From Neoechinorhynchus agilis (lineage: Eukaryota > Animalia > Acanthocephala): 64,000 bases of DNA. Positions 46,851-60,776 of the stretch are shown here, one piece after another (position 1 is the first letter of the stretch; each line of letters starts with the position of its first letter). The stretch lies in NCBI GenBank assembly GCA_051530055.1, contig CM121343.1, positions 2,264,389 to 2,328,388 of the forward strand, written 5' to 3'. The notes beneath the pieces were generated by a model. The model saw only the letters and a list, made by a program, of their open reading frames with translations, was not told the origin of the DNA and made no database searches. The position numbers and the translations under genes were made by a program.

Positions 46851-48229
46851 AATAATTGATTATAAAGCGCAGTATATAAATAGGTGAGAATGTGTGTGTT
46901 TCAAAAATATTTTCGATACTTAGCGTTGCAGCGGAGGGGGGGGGCGAACGACCACCCAATGCCCGGAGGTTGTCTTTAACCTCAGCTTTACGAAAGCAAC
47001 TGCTTTCAAAACCTTCATCAAACTCAAAGCTCCTTTCGCAACCTGTTGTTGTGGAGGAGGGTGGCAAATGACCACTTATAAACTTCAACTTATGTGTAGA
47101 TCTCGAAGAGTCTTGCACAAAGCACCAACAAACAACGGAGGATTTTCATCTCTCGAACAGTCAGCAATTCATTGACTTACCAATTGAAAATAGCCGTATT
47201 CGATTTCCCGGCAATCGATGCCCATCCAGCCAAGGGATAAGATACGCAAATTATATGTTGCTCCGATGATCAAGACCCTTAAAGACGATTGTCATAGTAT
47301 TCGCTCAATATCATACTTCGGAGGAACCTCAGAAAGATCTACTTTGTATCGTGCGAATTCCTTCAACACTGTAGACTTCCTCTTCGGGATCTCACAGTAT
47401 CGGACTTAAGTTTCTACTCGGCATTTATCCTTTCAGGCTTATCTCCAGGCATTAACGCAGAGGATCGCCGTGATTTCGAGAACGAGTTCGGATGTTCCAT
47501 CTTATTCTTTCTAAGATCAAGAAAGACGGGCAAACCGATTCCTGGATCGGTCGTTGAGGCTCCAATTCATATACGAAATGATTTGACGACATGTAGGTCA
47601 TTCGATTCTTCGCTAATCAGATTTCAGCACAGGACGAATACGTATTTCCACGTTGCAACATTTGCAATAAATATGAGGAGCAAAAATGTCCCTCGAAAAA
47701 GACGATATGCGTTTTTTGCGCTCAAGACCACCACTCATCAGTATGCCCGAGAAAACCACCAAGCAATGTTCGAACTCTGCGATTAGAAAGGGCACTGCGA
47801 GTTTGCCAAAACATGCGCTTATTTTATAAAGAGTGCCTCCTGTGGGCCAAGAAAAAGACTGCAAACTCAACGTCATCTACCGTCACTAAAGAAGAATAGG
47901 AGAAAGATTAAGGAACTACTACCAAACTCTAGTCAGGGGTGGAAAATTGTCTATCGGCGAAAATTTGTTCTTGGCAAAAAGTTGCTGCTGCCTGGATCAA
48001 AAGCTGTGGTTTAGGGAGTGTAATACAGGGATACACACTCTGTGGGAATAACATCCGCGCCCTTTGCCTACAATAATCTTCCGATTAAGGCAAAAATTTC
48101 CGATTTAGTTAGCCATTGGAATTCGAAAGATAAAATCTCAAATAATAAATCGTCAGCACGAGCGAATTTAACAGATATTGCACAGGTCTTCATTCACGCT
48201 CCACCGGAAGAGTGGACAGAAATCAATTT

Positions 48230-48520
48230 TTGCAAAAAGGATCTTCTTAACCAAGAAGCGCAGGAAGGTGGCTTCTGAAGGGGACGTTAGGCCAATTTCG
48301 ATTCAGAACTCTCTTGTTTCGATTTATGAACGCGTCTTAACCAAACTAGTCTTACGATTTGCTTCGAACAATAACTGTATTAGTCCGAGATGTTATGATT
48401 TTTTACCGAATGAGTCAGTGCACTCGGCAATTTCGGAGATTGTGTTTAATTTTAGGTATTATCAGAAATCAATGAATGTTTTGATTTCGTTTGATATTTC
48501 TAAAGCATTCGATTTTATAA
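48230..48520 (+). mobile_element. LINE RT fragment, truncated by CRE D
   Basis: DVRPISIQNSLVSIYERVL...ISFDISKAFD. Confidence 0.75.
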
Positions 48521-51262
48521 ATGGAGGCAGATCTTTTCCCTCCGCCCACTTCGCTTTCGATTTCGACTCGCTGTACTGTATGCGATTGCGTCATAGGCGT
48601 GACGATAAGTGGACTCATTCGAAAACATGGCCCGGTACGATCTCGATGCCCTGGATCTTCCCTTCCACCAGTGTTGGACAAACCTTTTATCATCGACAGT
48701 CTCGAAACTCAAAATGTGATGAAGCGCCTATCCAGGGCATCGAGATCGTACCGGGCCATGTTTTCGTACTAGTCGTGACCCCGAGTCCAGCCTCACGACC
48801 ACCATCAAGCAGCGGATAACCAATTTTGATCGACTTTTTGAGGAGGCTGTGACGAAAAGTTACAATAATCAAACTCTTACCAAGAAACGTCCAGAAGGAC
48901 CCTTCGGCCGTCCTTATAATTTGAGTAATAGGATTTCTGCCAAATTGGCAGACGCAGATGTCCGTGGAGCGGTCAGGTTACTCAGTTCCACAGCTACGTT
49001 TGCGGACAACGACCGCTCGACACTGGAGGCGTTGAGAAGTAAGCATCCTTCAGCTTTGCCACCGATTTTGCCCCCGATACCGGAAAAGTCGCGTCAATCG
49101 ACGAGGTGCACGCGGGAGGAACTTAGATGTGCTGTATCCTCGTTCCCCAATGGGTCGGGACATGGACCCGACGGACTTCGACCCCAACACATCAAGGATA
49201 TGTTGGGATTTGGAACGGGAGTGATGGGAATGAAGCTCGAAACCGAACTCGTTAATGTGGTCGATGAAATCATAAATGGACCTCTCCCACTTGAAGCAAC
49301 GAATTTTCTATTCTCGGCATCTCTTTGCGCCCTTTCCAAATCAAACGGAGATATTCGTCCGATAGCTGTGGGCTGCACTCTAAGACGTTTGGCAGGGAAG
49401 ATTTTGTGTAAGCGACTGAGCGAAAGTGTAGGTGGGCAACTCAGACCTTTTCAGTTGGGCTGCTGTACTCCATGTGGAGCAGAAGCGATAGTGCACTCCA
49501 CACGTACCTATATCGACGCCTCTGCCACCCCAACGGTTGTCCTAAAAGTCGATTTTTCGAACGCCTTTAATACAGTCGATCGAACAGCCTTGCTAAGTAC
49601 CATTGCTCGAGAATTACCTGAAGCCTATGAATACTTTGTGAAGGCGTATGGTTCTAAGACACCTCTACATTTCAACGAGCACACCATTTGGTCCGAAACA
49701 GGCCTGCAACAAGGCGATCCTCTCGGCCCCATAGGATTTTCCTTAACAACCAATGGAATATCTCGTAAGCTCAAGGCAAGTTTGAACGTCTGGTACTTGG
49801 ATGACGCGACATTGAGCGGTGACCCAAAGACGGTTCTAGAAGACCTGCAATCCCTGCTTGTTTCTGCTGCGGAATTGGGCTTACGTGTCAACCCCGCGAA
49901 GTGTGAACTATTGCCACTAAATATTTCACATTCTCGCATGGCGGATATAATGCAGTCCTTCGAATCCGTTGCCCCAGGAATCTGATTAATCAACCGGCAA
50001 AGCTTCACTCTTCTCGGCAGTTGCGTCCTGGATGCGAACATAGATCGCGAGATAGAAGAAGAAGAGCTCCCTAAACTGGATCTTTTGTGCTCCCGCGTTC
50101 AAGAATTGAATGCACACGAAGCTCTCTTCTTGGTGAGAAACTGCCTATACATACCGAAGCTTATGTTCAAGATGAGAGCAGCCCCGTACTTCCGACACAC
50201 CAAACGTCTCCTTGACTTAGATGGTTTGATGAAAAACATCTAGAGAAGGTAACGAACTGCGCCATCACTGATGAAGCTTGGCAACAAGCTGCCCTTCCGA
50301 TCAAATACGAAGGTTTAGGCTTACGAAGTGTGGCTGGTTTGGCCCTTCCGGCATTCGTATCCTCGATGCACAAGACGGAGGAATTACAGGGGGAAATTCT
50401 TTTAAACAGAATGCCGAAGCCATGCAAACTATTGAAACAGGGAGTCACATCATGGCTCTCGCAGACCGGTCTGCAACAAGCTCCAACCAACGCGCACGAA
50501 CAATCTGCTTGGGATAAACACTTAATCCTGACGGCTCACAACAAACTAAAAGGCCAGATGGACGAGATGTCTCAAGCTAGACTTGTGGCCAGTTCTTCGA
50601 AGGAGTCAGGCGCATGGTTGAACGTTTTGCCAATTGGTACTTTGGGAACTTTGCTGGACGACGAGACAGTTCGAATAGCCGTCGCTCTACGTTTAGGACT
50701 TCCAACCTGTGCCCCACACCAGTGCCGATGTGGAATAAAAGTTGACGTGCTCGGGAGACATGGACTCTACTGCAAGAGATCGAGCGGTCGTTTCCCAAGG
50801 CACGCAGAGCTCAACGCGATCATTAGCAGAGCTCTGAACTCGATCCACGTTCCAACCATCCTGGAGCCCAATCACCTCTGTCGCTCGGATGGTAAGCGTC
50901 CCGACGGTATAACCGTTTTCCCTTGGAAAGAAGGGAAGAGTCTAATTTGGGACGCAACATGCGTGGACTCACTCGCCCTGTCCAACCGGCAAGATGCTTT
51001 AGCGGAGACGGGAGGAGCAGCGAGTGCCGCCGAAAGGAGGAAAGCGTAGAAATACAATGAGCTCAAACAAAATTACATTTTCCTTCCTTTCGGCGTGGAA
51101 ACACAAGGGGCGCTGGGATCTTCGGCACGAAGCTTTTGTGCCGAACTCGGAAGACGACTTGCAGCACAAACAGGGGAGCGACGCGAGAGGATTTTCCTGA
51201 TCCAAAGAATAAGCCTAGCAATCCAACGAGGAAATGCGGTCAGCGTCCGGGGGACGATTTAA
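48521..51262 (+). mobile_element. CRE-clade retrotransposon D, near full length, broken by frameshifts and stops
   Basis: CTVC..HGP..C, IRPIAVG, VDFSNAFN, QQGDPLGP, WYLDD, CRCG..GRHGLYC, RPDGITVFPWKEGKSLIWDATC, LAIQRGNA. Confidence 0.92.
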
Positions 51263-51369
51263 TCTAAAATTGTCCTTTAAAAAGAAACAAATTTTATAAA
51301 TATTGAATTCATTATACACATTCTAGAATACTTCCACTTCCCACATAACCTTATTGCCAAAATCAACAA

Positions 51370-51800
51370 TTCTCTGTGTTCAAAACGATTCTTCGTCCAA
51401 GACGATCCTTCTCTTACTATTTATTTCCAAACGAGAGGAGTTCCTCAGGGTTCACCACTTTCCCCGATTTTATTTTGTTTAGCCTCACAGTTCATAATTC
51501 AAAACTGTAAAGCGTGTAAAGACACACAGGCTCTCTTCACTCACATACTCTCTGCACTCACAGGCTCTCTTCACTCACGGGCTCGCTTCAAAACCCCGAT
51601 TTAGAATTCATCGCAGTCCATTTCATAGCTCCTTTGAGAAACGGCAGAAGAGAATTCACCATTGCTGGCGTCTATCGCCTTCCGGCGTCTCGACCTGAGT
51701 CCTCCTTGCTCCAAATCGACTCTATGATGGAGCTCATGAACTCCACAAATTCGCACCATTTCTTAATTGCAGGGGACTTCTATAATCTATTTTCTCGCCT
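51370..51800 (+). mobile_element. Short LINE RT and AP-endonuclease scraps
   Basis: RGVPQGSPLSPILF; DLEFIAVH..AGVYRLP..LIAGDF. Confidence 0.65.
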
Positions 51801-52208
51801 TCCCTTCTCCGAGTAATCCATGATAACGATCATCGATGCAACTGTGTCCGATCGTAAATTTCGGAATCATTTTCGAGGGGCTCTTCCATAAATCGACACC
51901 AGGGAATTCTGAGTAGAGATGGGTCTCAATTGTTCGGCAGAACTGACGGCCTTGCCCCTATTATTTACTAGAAGGATTCTTTTAGCCGTGTTGATTTATG
52001 TCCAATCTGCGGCAGGTGCCGTAATCACGGAGATTCGGCGAACATTTGTACTATCAAAAGTACGTTCGCGGCTTTAAAAGGTAGGGAAGATCCATTGCTA
52101 GACTCCAGATTTTTAGATAGTAAAGATGTAGCAATGTCGGAGAACGTTACATCGAATCTTATATGGAATAACGACATAAGTCACAGTTGTCGGGGACGTA
52201 GGACACCC

Positions 52209-53990
52209 CTCAGAAAGGCATGCCGTATGATGTGGCATCCAAAAAGAAAACACAACCACCAATTTTAATAAGGGTTTGTGCGAACTCCTTAGCAATTGTC
52301 GCCCAAACGTTGCACCCTCATATATATTCGTAACTTAGATGCTTGAAAAAACTTTGTTTACAAACAAGCTCTGAAATGAACTACAACTGAAAAGAGTCGT
52401 CATATAAATGCAAGTCCCATGATGTAGCATTGACAAAGAAAACACAGTCACCAATTTTAAGCGTTTGTGCGAACGCTTTAGCTATTGTCGCTCAGAAGTT
52501 GCATCTTCATATATATTCGTAACTTAGATGTTTGAAAAAACTTTGTTTACAAACAAGCTCTGAATTGAACTACAACTAAAAAAAGTTGTCACAGAAAGGC
52601 ATGTCCCATTATGTGGCATCGACAAAGAAAACACAACCACCAATTTTAATAAGGGTTTGTGCGAACTCCTTAGCAATTGTCGCCCAAACGTTGCACCCTC
52701 ATATATATTCGTAACTTAGATGCTTGAAAAAACTTTGTTTACAAACAAGCTCTGAAATGAACTACAACTGAAAAGAGTCGTCATATAAATGCAAGTCCCA
52801 TGATGTAGCATTGACAAAGAAAACACAGTCACCAATTTTAAGCGTTTGTGCGAACGCTTTAGCTATTGTCGCTCAGAAGTTGCATCTTCATATATATTCG
52901 TAACTTAGATGTTTGAAAAAACTTTGTTTACAAACAAGCTCTGAATTGAACTACAACTAAAAAAAGTTGTCACAGAAAGGCATGTCCCATTATGTGGCAT
53001 CGACAAAGAAAACACAACCACCAATTTTAATAAGGGTTTGTGCGAACTCCTTAGCAATTGTCGCCCAAACGTTGCACCCTCATATATATTCGTAACTTAG
53101 ATGTTTGAAAAAACTTTGTTTACAAACAAGCTCTGAATTGAACTACAACTAAAAAAAGTTGTCACAGAAAGGCATGTCCCATTATGTGGCATCGACAAAG
53201 AAAACACAGTCATCAATTTTAATAAGGGTTTGTGCAAACTCCTTAGCAATTGTCGCCCAAACGTTGCATCTTCATATGTATTCGTAACTTAGATGTTTGA
53301 AAAACTTTTTTTACAAACAAGCTCTGAATTGAACTACAACTAAAAAAAGTTGTCACAGAAAGGCATTTCCCATTATGTGGCATCGACAAAGAAAACACAG
53401 TCACCAATTTTAATAAGGGTTTGTGCGAACTCCTTAGCAATTGTCGCCCAAACGTTGCATCTTCATATATATTCGTAACTTAGATGTTTGAAAAACTTTG
53501 TTTACAAACAAGCTCTGAATTGAACTACAACTAAAAAAAGTTGTCACAGAAAGGCATTTCCCATTATGTGGCATCGACAAAGAAAACACAGTCACCAATT
53601 TTAATAAGGGTTTGTGCGAACTCCTTAGAAATTGTCGTCCAAACGTTGCATCTTCATATATATTCGTAACTTAGATGTTTGAAAAAACTTTGTTTACAAA
53701 CAAGCTCTCAATTGAACTACAACTAAAAAAGTTGTCACAGAAAGGCGTCCCATTATGTGGCATCGACAAAGAAAACACAGTCACCAATTTTAATAAGGGT
53801 TTGTGCAAACTCCTTAGCAATTGTCGCCCAAACGTTGCATCTTCATATATATTCGTAACTTAGATGCTTGAAAAAACTTTGTTTACAAACAAACTCTGAA
53901 ATGAACTACAACTGAAAAGAGTCGTCATATGAAGGCATGTCCAATGATGTTGCACCCATGAAGAAAGCACAGCCACCAATTTTAAGAAGG
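52209..53990. repeat. Satellite array, ~190-bp monomer, about 9.4 copies
   Basis: Monomer starts at about 52209, 52399, 52588, 52780, 52969, 53161, 53352, 53543, 53734 and 53924. Confidence 0.95.
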
Positions 53991-54003
53991 GTTCTCGTTG
54001 CGT

Positions 54004-55200
54004 CAACTTATTGAATTTCCAACTTGTTTGAAGCTTTCCTCGACAAAGTATTCACAAATATCGACGCCTGCTGATCCGGCTCTAAACTTCCTCCCCCCGC
54101 GAACTCTGTCCATTCCTCTGCCCTTATCACTCCCGTCACCCTACCTCAGCGTATGAAATCTCCCCGTTTACCCGTCTGGAATAAACGTGATCATCACATC
54201 CACAATTTTATAAAATTATTCAACTCTAACATCCACACATCCCACTCTGACAGCATAAATGGCCCTTCCTTGGCCATGTCCTTCCTAACCTCAATCATAG
54301 AAAATTCCATAGCTTCGGCAATTCCCAAGAAATTCATTAGGATCTCCAACCGCGACCCTCCATGGATAACCCCCATTCTTAAACTTCTACAAAGACAAGC
54401 TTCTAAGGCCCATCGCAATAAGTCCCCTGGCTCTCCCCGTTTACAAAAGATCCTTACTAACAAAATACTTATCACCCGCAAAAACTTCCTTTCCTCTAAA
54501 ATTCAATCAGATGGCAACTCAACATGGTGGCGGGCCGTCAAGGACTCTCTTGGTCTACGCCACCCGGATCCCTTCCTTAATTTGTCCTCCACTGAATTAA
54601 AACAGGTTCTAGATTCCATTAATCAAAACCTCCGCCATGACTCAATTTACATTATCTGCTCAACATCAGTCTCCACACAATCTTTCACGCCCGCACCTGA
54701 AACTTTTGTCAACTCACCGATACTTTCCTTAGTTTCATCATATGAGGTACTAAAGTATCTCATGAAATTACCTAAAAATATGTCCTTTCAATCCGAAATC
54801 CCAAACTGGGCTCTTCGCTGCATCATCTCCGAACATCTTGATCCTTTTACCCACATTATAAACCTCAGCTTTTTATATGGCATCTACCCCTCTTGCCTGA
54901 AAACTGCCAAAGTTATATTCGTTCCAAAAAAGGGCATCCCATTTCGACCGAATCATTCCGTCCAATTTCCATTTTGCCGCCCTTTCAAAAATCATCGAAA
55001 AATGTTTTAAATCTCGCCTTCTTTCACTTTCCCACGAAAAGTTTTCGCCCCTACAATTTGGCTTCCGGCCCAGATTTTCTGCAACCGATGCCCTATTTTG
55101 CATTTATGACACGCTCCCCTCAACAATAATCCCCCATATCACCCGTCTCATTCAACTTGATTTATCTAAAGCTTTAGACTCAGTGGACCATTCACAAAAA
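54004..55200 (+). mobile_element. CR1/L2-group LINE (family L) fragment
   Basis: LDKVFTN, RDPPWITP, GIYPSCLKTAKV, FRPISILP, TRLIQLDLSKA.DSVDH. Confidence 0.85.
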
Positions 55201-55589
55201 GCACCTTCAAGCTGTGGGGGAACTCATCAACAACAGCAAAAATTACTCGGCACATATATCCCTCGTCTCAGCCAAATGTATCCAACGCCGTAAATTTTTG
55301 GAATGTGCCCAAAGAACCCGCCGCAACTTAGTCGGCACTACCAAATCATACACCCTTGGCACAGCAATGGGCGTCTCCGTATCTTCTACAACGACCATCA
55401 CCGCAACAGCAACCCCTGATGTATCCGACAAATCAACTCTCATGCCCACTCCCTGCGATATAAACTCCACATCTATTTTCGCACCCACTAATCCATCCCA
55501 TGAACGCTCCTTATGCGCCACCGAGTTAAGCGTATCTGACGCCAAGTCGGTCTCAACAAATCATCGCCTCAATCCTAGAAGAAAGAAAA

Positions 55590-57000
55590 TATACTTCCCT
55601 AGGATACTTTACTTAAATGCTCGCAGCCTCCTTCCCAAACTCGATGAGGTTATAAGTATGTCAGTAAGCACCAATGCGGATATCATAATAATAACCGAAG
55701 CATGGCTTACCCTTAGGAACAAGGACTCCGCAATCCTGCCCGGGTTCACAGCGTTTCACTCTTATCGTGAAGACAGAACAGGGGGAGGAATCTCAATCTT
55801 TGTTCGCACTCTACTGCCTTATTCAGTATCCCGCATAGGTTCCCTACAACATCCCGACCTCGAGTTCATTGCCATTCATCTCCCCGCCCACTTAAGAAAC
55901 GGCTTTTGAGAGTTCTCTATCGCAGGCGTCTACCGTCCCCCCAATTCTCCCCCTCGGCCGCAGCAGCCCAAATAGAAACACTGATGGATCTGTTCAACAG
56001 CAACAATTCACACCGCTTCCTCACTGCAGACGACTTTAACAACCTTTTTCCACTTACGCCACTCTCTGACCTGCATCAACTCGTCAAGTTTCCTACACGG
56101 CAAAAATCCCGCACCCACAAAGAATATATCCCGTCCAGCATTCGCTCCACAGGAAACGCACATTGGTGGCATAAAATCAAAAGTTCCCTTGGACTACGGA
56201 ACCCTGAACCTTTCGCACACCTGTCAGCCTCTGCATTAAAGGCGACCCTCGATTCCATCAACGCAAAGCTATGCTCACCAAACGACGGTGACATCAAACT
56301 TAAAGCTACACAAAAAATGGGCTCTTCGAAGTTACCCCCACTGGTTTCCTCCCTCGAAGTGTTTCAGCATCTCAAGAAACTGCCGCGCAACGGATCCCCA
56401 CATTCGGACACCCTTAACTGGGCTGTTCGTCGTATCATGCCGGAAATCATTGACCCATTGACTACCATCGCCAATCATAGTTTCGCATCTGGAATCTACC
56501 CATTATGTTTAAAAAATGGCCAGGGTAACCTTATTACCAAAAAATGGACTTCCAGTATCCTCGTCATCTTTTCGCCTCATCTCTATCCTTCCCGCGCTCT
56601 CCAAGTCTTCGAAAAATGCTTTAAAGCGCGCCTTTTCCCCAAGCTCCTAACTGTCGCCCCTACAATTTGGATTTCGCCTTAAATATTCAGCCACAGATGC
56701 TCTACTCTGCATTTATGACGCGCTCATCCAAAATATTGATTCCAAACCTTCCCTCGTCTCACGCCTTATCCAACTTGATCTATCGAAAACGTTCGATTCT
56801 GTGGAAGATCACAAGCTTATCGAAGCCTCTTCCGATTTCGGACTGGATGCTTGGCAAATTCGATGGCTCTTTTCATATTTGACAAATCGATCACAATACA
56901 TAAAATGCAACGCCGTCACCTCAAAGACCATGCTTCTATCAAAAGGTGTCCCCCAAAGAGTCATCCTCTCCCCACTCCTCTTCAACATCTTTCTTAAAAG
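55590..57000 (+). mobile_element. CR1/L2-group LINE fragment with AP-endonuclease N-terminus and partial RT
   Basis: RILYLNARSLLPK..IIITEAWL..RTGGGISIFVR; KGVPQRVILSPLLFNIF. Confidence 0.85.
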
Positions 57001-57004
57001 ACTC

Positions 57005-58560
57005 AAACCCCTCTCGGGCGAACCGGCAAATAGGTCACTGTCTGTTACCCTGGCTGAAATCTCACAGGGCCAGGCACATACATCCAGTGTGGGAGAGCGT
57101 CTACACCGCACTACGAAGAGATTACAGAGCTCGGCTGAAAATTACGCTAAACATCCACCTCAAAAACGAGGAATTAAGCCGTATAGCAGCGGCTGAACGA
57201 CCTCGCTCGTCTACAACCGCATCAGAACCTTCGTGGAATCCAGCGTACTACCGGACGAACAATACGGTTTCAGGTCGAGAAGATCGACGATAGAGGCCAT
57301 TTAGCTAGTCAGGAGGTACATCAAAAATCACGCGAAACCACGCGAACCGGTGTACTCCCTGTTTGTGGATTTCAAATCAGCGTTTGACTCCATCGATCGA
57401 AGTCTACTTCTCAAGAAATTGAGAATCTGGAAAGAAATCGATGACCGCTCATGGGTATAATTGAACGAATCCTGGACCCACTTTCGATAAAGATCTACGA
57501 CGGCATCAAATTCTCGGATGCAATCACACAGTCGACGGGTGTGCTGCAGGGCGACCCGTTGAGTCCTCTCCTTTTCGACATCTTCATTGCGGATCTCCCA
57601 AACCAAGTGGGAAACAACAACACTCGGGTAGTGTTGTACGCGGACGACCTGGCAATCCTGTCAAAAGACCGGAACGATCTACAAAACGCACTTGATCGAC
57701 TCACTGTGTACTGTGAGAAAAACCGGTTGACGGTGAACGAAGGGAAAATTGTCGCAATCAAGTTCAGGAAAGGAGGCAACCTGAAGCGATCGGACGTCTT
57801 GCGGTACCGCGAGTCCCAGATCAGTTTCACGAACGACTTCAAGTATCTCGGCGTAACGCTCAGCTCACGTTGGAGTTTTTGCCGACATATCAAGGATGTC
57901 GTTCGTCGGACTGTCTTGGCCATGCACTCAGCTCGTTCACTTGGACGTCTCTCTATTGCTGCTGCAGGGCGATTCTCCAAAGTGATGCTGCAACCGATTC
58001 TCATGTACGGTATAGAAGTGATCTAGGACGACCTGAAGCGAAAAGACTTTGAGGCCTTGGACAGCTGCCGGTGGATATTCTGGAAGCGCGTGTTAGGCGT
58101 TTCACGATTCGTCAGCAATTCAGCCATCAGCAAAGTATGTCTGATAGATGCGCTATGTCAAACATACCGAATCGAACGAGGTTTGCAAAGCACAATCCAG
58201 TTTGAGCAGTACTGCGCAAAATGGAACAATAAGCTCACGGCGTTGCCTGATGACCTCGAGCTCACTCCGGCGAGGCTGCAGTCGAACTGGAGGTTAGCCG
58301 GTCAAAAGAATCGCTCGTTAGTCATCCGAACCTCTGTGCATGGCGACCACGACAAGTTGTGCACAAACCAGATCCGATTCCACAGCCCGTGCGATTCGTG
58401 CATATGCCGACTATGCACGCAGAGGTGTGGATCAATCCTGCACCTACTCAAGTGTGAGATGAGACCATCTCTCTCGTACTTGGACGCCTATCAGCCTCAA
58501 ACATCATTCCCAAACAGAAAGGGCAGGGGGTGATGATGTTTGAAGGCGCGTGTTGTGTGT
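57005..58560 (+). mobile_element. Second LINE family: RT and C-terminus
   Basis: QYGFRSRRST, FVDFKSAFDS, GVLQGDPLSPLLF, LYADD, FKYLG, Cys/His-rich C-terminus. Confidence 0.88.
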
Positions 58561-58599
58561 GAGTGTATGTGCAATAAAACTTTCTTAGGCCACCGTGTT

Positions 58600-59240
58600 T
58601 CGGAAACCAGGTATACCATGGGCCCCACCTCAATGGTCAACTCACAGACCCATGAAATACAAAATATCCTCAGCCATAATTTTAATGACCAGGATATATA
58701 GGATCTGCTCGACCACCCTAAGCAGGGAAACTGCACTCAAAAAAGTAACTGACGTACAAAGGAGAGGTTTTCCTGAATGGGTCTTAAAATACAATGTAAC
58801 CAGACTAGGATCCGAAAACCGCATATTTCTGGGGATCGGAATTGTGGATGACGCAACCCTGCATATACTCGAACGAGATTTGAAGCGTATCGATTCAAAC
58901 GTCGTACTCTATGCTAAGAGGGAAGGAAACCTAGGCGGATTTTTCAAGAACAAACCGGAACATCCTGTAGAGGAAGGAGTCTATCGAATACCATGCAAGG
59001 ACTGTAAGGCTTCGTATATCGGCCAAACCAAACAAGGGTTGCTAATACGGATTGCTCATCGGCAATCGCTAATCACACGGAGAGGATGCAGCACAGGATA
59101 GCCTTTGATGAGGCCAACTTTATCTCTTACCAATATGTCCTACTAAGACGTCTTATAATGGAAGCAATGATGATCGCTTCGACGAAAAATACGATGGAGG
59201 GCAATAAGTCGAACTTTAGTTTGAAACAACCTCCATTACA
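58600..59240 (+). mobile_element. Penelope-like fragment (GIY-YIG)
   Basis: EGVYRIPCKDCKASYIGQTKQ..RIAH. Confidence 0.85.
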
Positions 59241-59539
59241 CAATCGCAGGGGTTTCAGAGGACCAAATCAACAGTCGGGAAACACGGGTCTGGCACTCCC
59301 GGGATCCCAAGCTACGGCATCCACTACGAATCAAGGGCGCAAAAATGCGATCACGTAACCAAACGATTTTTAATTTTTGAAGTTTAATTTTGGATTAATG
59401 CTTGAGAATGCTGGATTTTCCCAGCGAAATATCGCAATAAATCAATATCTTTATTGTCCGGAGAGTAATAATCACCTCAGCAACACTATAATACCGCCGA
59501 GGAACCCTTTACATCAGATTTAGGAATCCCTTCACCCGT

Positions 59540-60115
59540 TCTCTACAAATTTTACTTCTGCTTTATGTTACCATCCCTCACCTACGGTAACCCCGTATTT
59601 TGGAACCTTTCCAAATCGCTAATCCGCTGTCTTGAAATTCTTCACAAAAGAGCATTTAAAATTTGCACAACTTATTTTCCCCCTCTCACAGAATGCCTTG
59701 ATGCTATTTTCATTAAACAATCAAAACGCCTCTCAACCCTACTACCACAATTTCTTCCACATATCGCTCCATTTCCACACGAGTACAACACTCTTAATCC
59801 TAATTCGTTTCACCCTCCTATACCTCGCACCTCCCTGTATCTACGCTCCTTTTTCCATGCTGCCCAATCTTCTCGGATATCATAACCCGAAATGATTCTG
59901 AGGAAAGACCAACCTTATAAGCGCTCCTGCAAGCAATAAACACCAATTCCCACGAGAACGGACCTTCCAACCCAACCGGATATTCTCAATCGAACGGACA
60001 TCCTCACCCGAACGAACCGTCCCCGACTGGATAGTTCCTACCCGAATAGGGATCCCTTTGACCAGATATTACCTCCCGAACGGACATCCCTCGACACATA
60101 TTCCCATATTAACGG
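59540..60115 (+). mobile_element. Family-L LINE 3' end with degenerate gaacggacatcc sub-repeats
   Basis: LPSLTYGNPVFWNLSKS..LHKRAFKI; the UTR matches 32450-32645 and the reverse complement of 31330-31440. Confidence 0.75.
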
Positions 60116-60776
60116 ATGAGGACCCAATGGTATATGTGTCCTTCTAACCTTTTGTATTTTCAACCACCAACCTTCCTAACCTGATTGGATATTTCCCCGC
60201 CCGACTGGACCTGTTATAGACTCGAAAACTCACTGCCACATTCATTTAAAAAAATCAGAACTCTAGTGTTCTTGAGGACCTAAAGGTACATGGGTTATAT
60301 TCTTTTGGGTTTACTAAAACGTGTTTTTATTATGTCGATGAAATTACGGTTGTAATAAAATAACCCAACTATCGGGCAGCAATTAAGAAACTGCATGCGC
60401 TATTTACCTGACTCAACTCTATTCTCCTCAAATGGGTCTTACCCTCCCACTCAAACTATTTGGAGTGCCTGGGCAGTTTCAGGTCTTGTCTTTTATTCAA
60501 GAGGACGTACCCCTGAGCCAAGACTCAAATTCGTTAGCACCTTCCTAAAGACTGAGCAAGACCCCATTCGATTGGAAACACTCAACGCACAGGGCCGACA
60601 ATACACTCACTTGGATGAACCTGAACAAATAGGATAAAGAACCTCCATTGACAGTACCTACGCATATTCTGTACCTAAAGGTTCTTTGCGATTAAATCAT
60701 CTTATTATTGTATGCTTGTAATGGTTTTTCAACTTAATAAAATATGGACGGTTAAAAGTTCAAACATTTACCTGTA

